This document shows, in pieces, positions 9,541-19,575 of a DNA stretch of 64,000 bases; positions within the stretch are counted from its first letter, which is position 1, and each line of letters begins with the position of its first letter. The notes beneath the pieces were generated by a model. The model made no database searches. It saw only the letters and a program-made list of their open reading frames with translations, and was not told the origin of the DNA. The position numbers and the translations under genes are program-made. Where the stretch lies: positions 128,001 through 192,000 of the forward strand of contig JBHLKM010000003.1 in assembly GCA_048886685.1 (NCBI GenBank), in the 5' to 3' direction. The DNA is from Candidatus Hodarchaeota archaeon (GTDB lineage Archaea > Asgardarchaeota > Lokiarchaeia > Sigyniarchaeales > SOKP01).

Positions 9541-10976
9541 TGAAATCAAAAACACCTTTAATCTTTGAAAAGGGAATAGATGAAGAACTTCAAAATTATA
9601 TACCTAAAATGGATATAAAAGCAGTAGATCTTAAAGAAATCATTTCCCAGGATCTATTAAGAAATAATATCCCTATCCCTAATGTTCCAGAAATTGAAAT
9701 TGTTCGTCATTTTATGAATTTAAGTCACAAAAATTTTGGTGTTGATACTGGAATTTATCCTTTAGGTTCATGCACAATGAAATATAATCCTAAAATCAAT
9801 GAATATGTTGAAAGATTACATGGATTCAGTCAAATCCATCCATTACAAGAGGAAAACCAAGGTTCTCTCGAGTTATTATTTAATATATCAAAAATCTTAG
9901 GAGAAATAACAGGCATGGATGGATTTACACTTCAACCGGCAGCGGGAGCGCATGGAGAATTAACAGGATTATTAATAATGAAAAAATTTTTTGAAGAAAA
10001 AGGTATAACAAAAAAAAAAATTATTGTACCTGATTCTGCTCATGGAACTAATCCGGCTTCGGCAAAAATGGCAGGCTTCTCAATAATAGAATTAAATTCA
10101 AATGAACAAGGAGAAGTACCACTTGACCATTTAGAATATGCAATGCAGGGTGGTGAAGTTGCTGGAATAATGCTCACAAATCCTAATACTTTAGGAATCT
10201 TTGACCGGAATATTAAGGAAATAACCCAAATTGTACATAATAATGGAGGTTTATGTTATTACGATGGAGCGAATTTAAATCCAATGTTAGGTATATGTAG
10301 GCCTCGAGACATGGGATTTGATATCGTTCATCTTAATTTACATAAAACTTTTGCTACACCACATGGAGGAGGTGGTCCAGGGTCAGGACCCGTAGGTGTA
10401 ATCAATAAGCTTAGCCCTTTTCTTCCTGAACCATGTATTATTTCAACTGAACATGGTTTAGTATGCAAAGAGTCTACTGGTAAATCTATAGGCAGAATTA
10501 AATCTTTTTGGGGTAATTTTGGAGTTATTGTTAGAGCCTATGCTTATATCTTAGCTTTAGGTAGAGACGGTCTGAAAAAAGTTGGTCAAATGGCTGTTTT
10601 AAATGCCAATTATTTACGTGTTTTATTACAAAAAAAATATTTTCTACCTTTTAATCGAGTATGTCAGCATGAATTTGTAATTTCCGATAGGAATATGCCT
10701 AATAATGTAACAACTGAAGATATAGCTAAAAGAATTCTAGATTATGGGATTTATGCTCCAACTATTTATTTTCCTCTGATAATTCAAGGGGCTATGATGA
10801 TAGAACCTACTGAAACTGAGTCAAAAAGCTCATTAGATTATTTCATTGAGATTATGGAAAAGATTTATAGAGAAGCAGAATCTACTCCTGAAGTTTTAAG
10901 AAATGCACCACATAATACGCCAATCAAGCGTTTAGATGCAGTACTTGCTGCTAGAAAGCCTGTATTACATGATTAA
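9540..10976 (+). CDS. gcvPB: Glycine dehydrogenase subunit 2
   Basis: YPLGSCTMKYNP, SAHGTNPASA, HLNLHKTF (PLP Lys), PHGGGGPG. Start overlaps the gcvPA stop. Confidence 0.97.
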   Translation: MKSKTPLIFEKGIDEELQNYIPKMDIKAVDLKEIISQDLLRNNIPIPNVPEIEIVRHFMNLSHKNFGVDTGIYPLGSCTMKYNPKINEYVERLHGFSQIHPLQEENQGSLELLFNISKILGEITGMDGFTLQPAAGAHGELTGLLIMKKFFEEKGITKKKIIVPDSAHGTNPASAKMAGFSIIELNSNEQGEVPLDHLEYAMQGGEVAGIMLTNPNTLGIFDRNIKEITQIVHNNGGLCYYDGANLNPMLGICRPRDMGFDIVHLNLHKTFATPHGGGGPGSGPVGVINKLSPFLPEPCIISTEHGLVCKESTGKSIGRIKSFWGNFGVIVRAYAYILALGRDGLKKVGQMAVLNANYLRVLLQKKYFLPFNRVCQHEFVISDRNMPNNVTTEDIAKRILDYGIYAPTIYFPLIIQGAMMIEPTETESKSSLDYFIEIMEKIYREAESTPEVLRNAPHNTPIKRLDAVLAARKPVLHD

Positions 10977-11075
10977 TATTGGTATTTGAATAAATTTTTA
11001 TACTCTTTGGCAATATAAAATTTAAAAAAAATAAATTTAGTAAGACCTAGCTAATTACAATTTTGGTGTACAAAA

Positions 11076-13037
11076 ATAAATTACTTATCTTTTTTTCCGT
11101 ATGATAAATTTAGGAGAGATCAAGAAAATATTATCAAGCAAATTGAAAATGATTCGAAAACTAAAAAAAATATATTATTAGTAGCTCCTAATGGAACTGG
11201 AAAAACAATAATTGCGTTAAGTGGACTTCTGCCATTAGCATATGAAAAAAATTTAAAGATCATTTACATGTGTAGAACACATTCTCAAAATCGAAGAATC
11301 ATTAAGGAATTAACTAAAATTTCCCAGAAAATAACTAAAGATAACCTTTCAGTAAAATTAAATGGTCTTTCTATTAGAGGAAGAAACGAGATGTGCTTGA
11401 ATGAAACATTATTAACATTAAAACTAAATCCAAAAGAATCAATGTCAGTCTGTAGGGATTTAAGGCAAAACAGAAATTGTGGGCATTTCTTAAATTTATT
11501 AAAACAAAAAGGAGAATTGGAAAAACCCGTATTACTGGCACCAGAACTATTTAATAAGCCTATTGATGCTGAAGAGTTAATAAACTTTTGTAGGAATAAG
11601 AGATTATGTCCTTATTTTTTATGCAAATTCCTTTTAAAGGAAATGAAAGTTATTATTTGTAATTATCAATGGCTTTTTAATCCATATATTCGAGAACTAT
11701 TTTTACAATTTGTTGATCGGGAACTGAAAAATTGTATTTTAGTTCTTGATGAATGTCATAATATAATTGACTTGGCAACAGAGGTAAATTCAGAAAAACT
11801 AACACCCTATTCACTGAAGCTATGTCTAAAAGATCTTGAAATGTACAGATCACCAGATATTATGCAGGATTTTGTTAAAATTTTATTGGATAACTTGAAT
11901 GAAAAAAAACGTGATTTAAACATAGGAGACCAAGAAGTAGATCCAAATAAATATTTAAAATATATATTTGAAGTATTAAACTTCAGTGATTTGAATGGGT
12001 TTAAGAATCTAATTCAAGACATTCAAGAATTTAGTGTATCAATTCATGAAGAGAAGTTAGCTAATGGCAAAGTTTCTAGGGATTTCTTAGGTTCTCTTGC
12101 TGAATTTTGGTTAAAATGGTTAAAAACATTCACTTTAGATCAATTTTTTTTTTGTTTTAATCTTAAGGATATAAAAGGAAAAAGATCCATTTCACTAGAA
12201 ATAGTTGCTTTAGATCCAAGAGAAATTGTAATCCCAATTTTGAAATCTGCTTATACCTCCATAAGCCTTTCTGGAACGGTAAATCCTTACGTTTATAACA
12301 ATCTAATGGGTTTAAAAGATAGCGGTAAAAGCTATAGAGGAATCGTAACAGACTCTCCATTTCAAAAGAAAAATATAAAAGCTATTATAACCGAGGGTGT
12401 GGATACAAAAAGGAATAATAGAACCCCAGCAATGTTCAATAAAATGATAAACAAAATCAACGAAGTGTTGGCTTGTACACCCGCTAATATTGGTATTTTT
12501 TGTGCATCATATCAAATACTTAAAGGTCTTCATTCGAATGGAATTGAGAATATCGTAAAAAAGAACAACAAAAAATTATTTATTGAAGAACCTGGATTAT
12601 CCGCTTCAGAAAACAATACAATGATAGATAATTTCAAAGCTTTTGCCTCAAATGGAGGAGCGGTTTTATTAGGAGTATGTGGAGGTAGAAATTCAGAAGG
12701 AGAGGATTATCCTGGAGATTATATGAATTCTGTAGTTATTGCGGGATTTCCTTACCATTTACCTACTCCTAGAGTTGAAGCAAAAATAAAGTATTATGAT
12801 AAAGTTTTTAATAAACAAGGGTGGAATTTTGCCTATCTTTATCCAGCCATTCAAAGAGCGAACCAAGCTTCTGGTCGTCCTATAAGAAAGATTTCTGATA
12901 AAGGAGCAATAATATTTATGGATAGCCGCTTTAAAGCGAAATATAAATGGATTTCAGAATGGATTAGAGGAGAACTAGAAATCATTCCTGATAGACCCAA
13001 TGCTATAATACAGAATCTAGATCCATTTTGGAATTAA
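11076..13037 (+). CDS. xpd: XPD/Rad3 family Fe-S DNA helicase
   Basis: In-frame upstream of the ATG at 11268 lie FPY..FRRDQ (Q-motif) and APNGTGKT (Walker A). Fe-S cysteines, DECH, SGT and QASGRPIR are present. The start is uncertain (ATA 11076 inferred). Confidence 0.9.
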   Translation: MNYLSFFPYDKFRRDQENIIKQIENDSKTKKNILLVAPNGTGKTIIALSGLLPLAYEKNLKIIYMCRTHSQNRRIIKELTKISQKITKDNLSVKLNGLSIRGRNEMCLNETLLTLKLNPKESMSVCRDLRQNRNCGHFLNLLKQKGELEKPVLLAPELFNKPIDAEELINFCRNKRLCPYFLCKFLLKEMKVIICNYQWLFNPYIRELFLQFVDRELKNCILVLDECHNIIDLATEVNSEKLTPYSLKLCLKDLEMYRSPDIMQDFVKILLDNLNEKKRDLNIGDQEVDPNKYLKYIFEVLNFSDLNGFKNLIQDIQEFSVSIHEEKLANGKVSRDFLGSLAEFWLKWLKTFTLDQFFFCFNLKDIKGKRSISLEIVALDPREIVIPILKSAYTSISLSGTVNPYVYNNLMGLKDSGKSYRGIVTDSPFQKKNIKAIITEGVDTKRNNRTPAMFNKMINKINEVLACTPANIGIFCASYQILKGLHSNGIENIVKKNNKKLFIEEPGLSASENNTMIDNFKAFASNGGAVLLGVCGGRNSEGEDYPGDYMNSVVIAGFPYHLPTPRVEAKIKYYDKVFNKQGWNFAYLYPAIQRANQASGRPIRKISDKGAIIFMDSRFKAKYKWISEWIRGELEIIPDRPNAIIQNLDPFWN

Positions 13038-13103
13038 AATAAAGTCATTTTTAACTCCAATTGAAAATGATCAACTTGATTTATTATTAGAAGAAATGGA
13101 TTT

Positions 13104-14294
13104 CTATGAATTTCTCTTAAAATTTTTAAAAAACTGTTGATTTGGTTTAAATTTTATGAATACTATTACAACTGCTAATAACGGAAAGATTATCATGAAA
13201 GAGATAGCTATATCATACGCATCATCAAAAATCATTAATAAAAGACTGAAAAACAATCCACCTAAAAAACTCCCTAAGAAGCTACTAGTGTTTGCATAAC
13301 CCATGTATATCCCTTTATTCAGAGGTATTGAATTTTGAGCTATATGAATTATACTTACTGACCATAACATAGAATAACTAAATGCTACAAAAATCTGAGC
13401 TAATAAAAAACCAAAAAAATCTTCTGAGAATATATATCCAAGAGCTGCAATTGCACTGAATAAATACCCAAATATTAATATAAATTTGTCATTTTTTTCT
13501 GTAATAATATGACCCATTAAAAGCATTAAAGCTACTTGAATTAAAAAATTTAGACCAATCAAAAATCCAACCTCTGTGGTACTTGATAAATAATAACCCA
13601 TGATCAATGATAAAACAGTTACAATTGGCTTTAAACCGAAGCTTCTAAGAAATAAACCATAATATATTGAATTTGAAATTGTTTTTTCCTCTTTAAATTC
13701 GTAATGAACTTCTTTAATATTATCCTGATAATGATTTAGTATAATAGGTCTGTTTTCCTTTATAAAAACGACGAGAAAAAAGTTTATCAATGATATAATT
13801 GATAAAAATAGGAAAATGTTCTCAACAGTATAGATATCAATAAAAATCCCCCCCAATTGGCTTCCTAAAAACCATCCCCCAGTACTTAGTGCGTTATAAA
13901 TTGAAATTAACCTTTGTTCATTTCGGACCAATTCACTATATAATGTAAATATAGTTCTATAACTCGCGCCAAAAAATCCATAAATAATTGATAATAGAAC
14001 TATTAGAAATAGATTTTTAGTAAATACTAATATAAAGAAAGAAATAGTAACCCCAACAGCTCCAAGTATAACAAATAAAATCCGATTTTGAATCTTATCT
14101 GAATATTTCCCTAGTATAGGAGGAAAAATAAATAATGTTAACGGAAAAATTGTCATAATTAATTGAATTATTGGTTTTTTGGTGCCGACATGTTCTAAAT
14201 ATTTCGGCATATAAGTAACCATTCCTATACTTGCTGTACTTAAAACCAAAATAGAAAATAAAATAAGAATAACTGATCGTTTCGAAAGAATCAA
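13104..14294 (-). CDS. MFS transporter
   Basis: About 12 TM segments and a GKYSDKIQNR motif-A-like loop. Confidence 0.85.
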   Translation of the reverse strand: MILSKRSVILILFSILVLSTASIGMVTYMPKYLEHVGTKKPIIQLIMTIFPLTLFIFPPILGKYSDKIQNRILFVILGAVGVTISFFILVFTKNLFLIVLLSIIYGFFGASYRTIFTLYSELVRNEQRLISIYNALSTGGWFLGSQLGGIFIDIYTVENIFLFLSIISLINFFLVVFIKENRPIILNHYQDNIKEVHYEFKEEKTISNSIYYGLFLRSFGLKPIVTVLSLIMGYYLSSTTEVGFLIGLNFLIQVALMLLMGHIITEKNDKFILIFGYLFSAIAALGYIFSEDFFGFLLAQIFVAFSYSMLWSVSIIHIAQNSIPLNKGIYMGYANTSSFLGSFLGGLFFSLLLMIFDDAYDIAISFMIIFPLLAVVIVFIKFKPNQQFFKNFKRNS

Positions 14295-14313
14295 ATTTTT
14301 TACTCTTATGCTT

Positions 14314-16113
14314 TTAATACTGATTTTCTTTTATTTTAATATATAAGCTAATTAATTTTTTAGACACTTTACTCCAGCGAAAATTATTTTCTACTCTTTT
14401 ATAACAATTTTCTTTAATTTTATGATAAAAACTTGGATTTAGTAAAACTAAAGACTTCAGTATTTCATCAGGTATTTGATTAACCATATTAAGTGTCTCT
14501 TGTTCATAAATTGAATTTTCATTTTTCATTCTCTTCGAAATTTCTGCCAGCAGAAAAAGAGAAATTAAAGCTTTAGCAAATTGAGAAGGGTTATCCTTTT
14601 CAATTAAAATACCAGTACCTATTTCAGAGAAACTTCTAACATCAATAATGGTTTCTTGAAAGCCTCCTACTCGTGTAGCAATAATGGGAAGCTTTAAAGA
14701 CATTGCTTCCAAGGCAATAATACCAAAAGGTTCCCATCTTGATAATGCACAATATACATCTGCGGAAATGTGTGCTAAATGAAAAATATCTTTCGCAACC
14801 CCAAAAATTATACGAAGATTATCTGAGTACTTTTGGACAATTTGAGCATAAGATTTAATTTCTCCCAAACTGTACTCCGTAGGAAGTATTAGAAATAGGA
14901 ATTTTGCGTTTGGTATAACCTTAAGTACTTCAGGTATTGCTTCGAAAATAGTTTCAAAGCCTTTCTGTTGTGATATCCTTCCTGTAGTAATTACTAAAGG
15001 TCCCATTTCTTTAAACGCTTTTACATTTCCATTCTTAATAAATTGATTACCATTTGAGATCTCATTTATTACATTAAGTATTTTTTCAGAACGAATGAGA
15101 GGACTTTTGTCTAAATGAGCAATTTTATGAGTTAAAAGATATTTCTTCATATCTGGTAATGATAATTTCTTCTCAATTGGAATATCTAAAAATAACCGTA
15201 TTTCATCCCCATGTTTATCTATAACCTCTTGATAAATCTCTAGGTAATCCCAATCGCACCCATCCCAAATAAAATCGGATTTAAATTCAATTAAGTCTTT
15301 TCCACAATTCGGTATTATGTCTGATATAAGATATGATTGACTAACAGTTGTAACTATATCACATACAACCGCACCAACCTTTTCCACAGTTGGAATTTGG
15401 TCCATTTCATTAAGTGGGCTATTTTTTTTACATAAATCAAAAATTTCCCTTAAATTTAGTAGATTATGACCATTTTTTAATTGTACTTTAATTGGGGTTC
15501 GATCTATACCACATCCCCTAAAAAAGTTAATATCATACCTAGGCCACGTTAATAAGTGGATAGTAATTATTGAGTTGACATCTAAACCATTTTTAGTCAA
15601 AATTTGCTTTATGCCAATAAATGGAATTACAGCATGATAATCATGTATATGAATTATCCTTGGTAAGTCATCTTTTCGATAATCAATAAGATACTCAATA
15701 TAACATCGCATTCCAATGCTAAATAAATTAATTTTCCCACTGAGAGTATCAGGATTATATACTGCGGGATCATCTAAAAATCTGTTTGTAAATGAATTTT
15801 CTCCTGCCAACAAAACGATATTTACATTATTGATCTTAGATTTATGAAATGAAATACTATAATTACTTTCAGGCTCATTTAATCCAAAAATTGAGGGATT
15901 AATTTGACCAACACAATTGAAAGGTAACTTCTCCCATTCATATTCATTTTTAAGATTATCTAACTGACCATGAGATGGAATAAAGACTGTAATTTCAAAA
16001 TTATCTGCAATATGTTTTGCTTGGTTAGCTGGTACTTCTCCTAAACCCCCTACCTTAACAATTCCAGCATATTCGAATGTAAATATCCAAACTATATCTC
16101 TTTTCTCACTCAC
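14314..16113 (-). CDS. glgA: Glycogen/starch synthase (GT5)
   Basis: KVGGLGEV, HIHDYH, GRISQQKG, SRWEPFGIIALEAM. Confidence 0.88.
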   Translation of the reverse strand: MSEKRDIVWIFTFEYAGIVKVGGLGEVPANQAKHIADNFEITVFIPSHGQLDNLKNEYEWEKLPFNCVGQINPSIFGLNEPESNYSISFHKSKINNVNIVLLAGENSFTNRFLDDPAVYNPDTLSGKINLFSIGMRCYIEYLIDYRKDDLPRIIHIHDYHAVIPFIGIKQILTKNGLDVNSIITIHLLTWPRYDINFFRGCGIDRTPIKVQLKNGHNLLNLREIFDLCKKNSPLNEMDQIPTVEKVGAVVCDIVTTVSQSYLISDIIPNCGKDLIEFKSDFIWDGCDWDYLEIYQEVIDKHGDEIRLFLDIPIEKKLSLPDMKKYLLTHKIAHLDKSPLIRSEKILNVINEISNGNQFIKNGNVKAFKEMGPLVITTGRISQQKGFETIFEAIPEVLKVIPNAKFLFLILPTEYSLGEIKSYAQIVQKYSDNLRIIFGVAKDIFHLAHISADVYCALSRWEPFGIIALEAMSLKLPIIATRVGGFQETIIDVRSFSEIGTGILIEKDNPSQFAKALISLFLLAEISKRMKNENSIYEQETLNMVNQIPDEILKSLVLLNPSFYHKIKENCYKRVENNFRWSKVSKKLISLYIKIKENQY

Positions 16114-16352
16114 GATGCTTCAAATCTTTTTTGAGCGCCGTTAACAGCAAAAAAGCAAATTAAAATTCATGTTGATTTAATCTAAGTCTTTAAAAAAAGA
16201 ATTTTATTAAAACTTAATTAAAAACAGATATCTTTGATTCGAATACGACAAAAGGTAAATATTTTGGGGAATATAATAAAAGCTAATGAAAATATTTTAT
16301 ATTAATTCAAAAAAATAGTGAATTATAAGAAAATAAATTGGTGTTATGTAAA

Positions 16353-16727
16353 ATGGTCAATATTGAAGTGATAGATACTGGTACTCCCAAAGCAGGACCC
16401 TATAGTCTTGGTATAAAAGCAGGAAACCTTGTTTTTGTTTCAGGTCAGGTTACTGATCCAGGAGCTAAGGATATTACTAAACAAACTTTAATTGCTTTAG
16501 AAAAAATTAAGAAAATTTTAGAATCAGCTGGTACAAGAGTTTCAAATATCGTAAAAACCACAGTTTATTTAAAAAAGATGTCAGATTTCAAGGACATGAA
16601 TGATGCTTATAAAGAGTTTTTTATAAACTATGGTGTTAAAGAAAAATTTCCAGCAAGAACTACTATCGAAGCTACTTGTCCACTTCCAAATGGATTAATT
16701 GAAATTGATGCTATAGCAGTTCTTTAA
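16353..16727 (+). CDS. ridA: RidA/YjgF family enamine deaminase
   Basis: GPYS, FVSGQ, FPART, IEIDAIA. Confidence 0.9.
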   Translation: MVNIEVIDTGTPKAGPYSLGIKAGNLVFVSGQVTDPGAKDITKQTLIALEKIKKILESAGTRVSNIVKTTVYLKKMSDFKDMNDAYKEFFINYGVKEKFPARTTIEATCPLPNGLIEIDAIAVL

Positions 16728-16840
16728 ATAAAATCTTTAAAAACGTCTATCTATATGAATAAAAATTGGTCTACTGAATTCTTTTAATTTTTTTATTAAT
16801 TTTTAAAATAAAACTAAAGAAAAAGTAAAGAGTGATAATT

Positions 16841-17122
16841 ATGAAAAACAAATACATCATTATTGATTCAAAAGATAATTGTGCCACAGCTCTCGAGGAT
16901 ATTCCTCAAGATGCAAACGTAAATCTTAAAGATAAATCTATTAAAACCAATCATAAAATTTCATTAGGACATAAATTTGCTATCAACAATATCGAAAAAG
17001 ATGATTATATAATAAAATATGGTGAAATAGTGGGAATTGCAACAGAAAATATAAATGAGGGTGATTGGATTCATACACATAACATTAAAAGTACATATTT
17101 AGAGGAGAAAAAGGATGGATGA
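16841..17122 (+). CDS. UxaA/SuyA-type SAF domain small subunit
   Basis: DNCATAL, GHKFA, IIKYGE, WIHTHN. Confidence 0.88.
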   Translation: MKNKYIIIDSKDNCATALEDIPQDANVNLKDKSIKTNHKISLGHKFAINNIEKDDYIIKYGEIVGIATENINEGDWIHTHNIKSTYLEEKKDG

Positions 17123-18239
17123 AGGCTTTTTAGGGCATCCCCGTTCTAACGGGATGGTTGGGATTCGTAACAAAATAGTTGTTGTATCCTCAGTGGTTTG
17201 TGTGAATACTGTCGCTCGAAGAGTTGCTGACAAAATAAATAATGCCGTAGCAATCACACATCCTTATGGATGTGGTCAATGGGGAATAAGTTATTCAAAT
17301 ACATTTAATATTTTAGCAGGTCTCGCAAGTAATCCAAATGTTTATGGGGCTCTTGTTATTGGATTAGGATGTGAAAATATTTTTAGTAATCTTTTAGCTG
17401 ATAAAATAAAAGAATCACAAAAGCCAGTCGAATCTTTTAATGTGCAGGACGTGCAAGGGGGCACTATCGGTGCAATTGAAAAAGGTGTAAGTATTTGCAA
17501 AAAATTTGATAAAGAAGCACAAAAGTTAAAGAAAGAATTTTTTGATTTTTCACATATTACTTTAGGTTTGGAATGTGGTGGTTCCGATTCAACCTCGGGC
17601 CTAACAGCCAATCCATCACTTGGAATTGTATCTGATAAGTTAGTAAGCTTAGGAGGAACCAGTATCCTTCCAGAAATGGCAGAATGGGCTGGAGCAGAAC
17701 ATTTATTAAGTAAAAGGGCAATAAATGAAGAAGTTTCTAAAGAAATTATGAAACTTTTTGAAGGAAAAAAATTTGAAAACCGTTCTCCGGGAAATATAGA
17801 GGGTGGATTAAGTACTCCTGAAGAAAAATCGCTAGGGAATATAGCTAAAGGTGGAAAAGCTACTATACAAGGTGTTATTCAATATACAGAAAAACCTAGA
17901 GGAAAAGGATTATGGTTAATGGTAGAACCCGGATTAGACGTTGTATCAGTGACTGCTCTTGCTGCAGCAGGAGCAAATATAATTGTTTTTACAACTGGTC
18001 GTGGAACACCATTTGGAAGCCCAGTAGCTCCAGTAATTAAAATCTGTGGAAACCCAAGAACATGCGATTATATGGCAAACAATTTTGATATAGATGCCAG
18101 TCAAATCATAACAATTGACAAATCAATAGAAGATATTTCAGATTTATTATGGAAAAAGCTAATAGATGTTTGTAACGGAGAAAAAACCATTGCTGAAAAA
18201 TTAGGGTTCGAAGAAGATATCGGGATTTGGCGAGCATAG
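17115..18239 (+). CDS. UxaA/GarD/SuyB family dehydratase/lyase large subunit
   Basis: GIRN, HPYGC, GLGCE, ECGGSD, PGNIEGGL, EEKSLG, FTTGRG. Confidence 0.9.
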   Translation: MDEGFLGHPRSNGMVGIRNKIVVVSSVVCVNTVARRVADKINNAVAITHPYGCGQWGISYSNTFNILAGLASNPNVYGALVIGLGCENIFSNLLADKIKESQKPVESFNVQDVQGGTIGAIEKGVSICKKFDKEAQKLKKEFFDFSHITLGLECGGSDSTSGLTANPSLGIVSDKLVSLGGTSILPEMAEWAGAEHLLSKRAINEEVSKEIMKLFEGKKFENRSPGNIEGGLSTPEEKSLGNIAKGGKATIQGVIQYTEKPRGKGLWLMVEPGLDVVSVTALAAAGANIIVFTTGRGTPFGSPVAPVIKICGNPRTCDYMANNFDIDASQIITIDKSIEDISDLLWKKLIDVCNGEKTIAEKLGFEEDIGIWRA

Positions 18240-18381
18240 TCCAAATTTTATTGATTTTTAAAACGAATTTTTAGAAGTATTTCAACTTCTTCCTTTTTAT
18301 TCTAATTTTAAACCTTTATAAAGTATTTTTAATGATCAAATTAAAGATTACTAAAAAATAAAAAAAAATTAATTTAATATT

Positions 18382-19575
18382 ATGTGTGACACATATGTTG
18401 CACTTGGGACTGCTACTTTAGATAAGAGTATTATTTTTGGTAAGAATTCAGACAGAAAGATTTCAGAAGCTCAAATTATTACATTTTCTCCTCATAAAAA
18501 TTATTCTAAAGAGCAAGATCTTAAATGTACTCATATTTCCATACCTCAGGTATCAGAGACAAATGCTGTCATTCTCTCAAAACCTTTTTGGATATGGGGT
18601 TCAGAAATGGGTGTCAATGAGTATGATGTTGTAATCGGGAATGAAGCATTGGCAACAAAAGAACCATTAAAAGAGGAAGGATTAATAGGGATGGATCTTT
18701 TAAGATTGGGACTTGAACGAGGAACAACTGCAAAAGAGTCATTGGATATTATAATAGAATTAATTGAGAGGTTCGGTCAAGGAGGAGCTCATTTTCAAGA
18801 TGGTGCTAATTATCATAATTCATTTATTATTGCCGATCCTGATGAAGCGTATGTAATAGAAGTAGCAGGTGATTGGTGGATTGTTGAGAAAGCAAAAGAC
18901 TTTAGATCAATATCCAATGATCTTTCTATAAGAGGAAAGGGTGATTTAAGAAGAGACGGTATTATCCAACACGCGATAGAGAAAGGGTATTGCAAAGACG
19001 ATCAGGATTTTGATTTTGCTTCTACATTCTCGTCAGAAAGACCTTTCCCTAATTACATTGAATATTCTAATCAACAATTACAAGAAAACAAGGGAAAAAT
19101 TACTCCCTCCTTAATGATGGATTTTCTTCGACAACATGAAGGAAATATATGTAGACATCTGAGGAAAGATCTAACTGCTGGTTCTCAAGTATCCCAATTA
19201 CAAAAGGGAAAAAATAAAATATCTATTCATTGGTTTACTGGAAGCAGTTTAACATGTTTAAGCGTATTTAAGCCTTACATTTTTCCATTGGATAATCAAG
19301 AAATTCTTGAACCAAAATCATATTCTGAAGTCAATCCTGACTGGTTTTGGAAAAGACACTTAGATTTTATTAAACCCTTTATTTCAAAGCCAAATAAAGA
19401 AAATCCTGAGCGAGAAGCCTATCGTAAAAGGCTTAGGGATGTTGAGAATGATTTGATTATGAATATTCATGAAATAATTTCAGAAGATTATGATTTATCA
19501 GAAAAAGAAATCATTAAAAGGATCAATTCTCTTAATCAAAAAGCCTGGGAACAGTCTGAAAAGTTGATTAACTGA
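18382..19575 (+). CDS. Secernin/C69 family dipeptidase (Ntn hydrolase), copy 1
   Basis: N-terminal MCDT, FGKNSDR, WGSEMGVNE, GMDLLRLGLERG. Confidence 0.9.
   Translation: MCDTYVALGTATLDKSIIFGKNSDRKISEAQIITFSPHKNYSKEQDLKCTHISIPQVSETNAVILSKPFWIWGSEMGVNEYDVVIGNEALATKEPLKEEGLIGMDLLRLGLERGTTAKESLDIIIELIERFGQGGAHFQDGANYHNSFIIADPDEAYVIEVAGDWWIVEKAKDFRSISNDLSIRGKGDLRRDGIIQHAIEKGYCKDDQDFDFASTFSSERPFPNYIEYSNQQLQENKGKITPSLMMDFLRQHEGNICRHLRKDLTAGSQVSQLQKGKNKISIHWFTGSSLTCLSVFKPYIFPLDNQEILEPKSYSEVNPDWFWKRHLDFIKPFISKPNKENPEREAYRKRLRDVENDLIMNIHEIISEDYDLSEKEIIKRINSLNQKAWEQSEKLIN

Noticed and set aside
10010-10020. A11 homopolymer in gcvPB as a phase-variation or frameshift site
   Set aside because: The frame is intact (TKKKI), and long A runs are common in this AT-rich sequence.
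16114-16165. Two small hairpins upstream of glgA on the minus strand
   Set aside because: The stems are only 4-7 bp with wobbles or bulges, too weak to call without comparative data.
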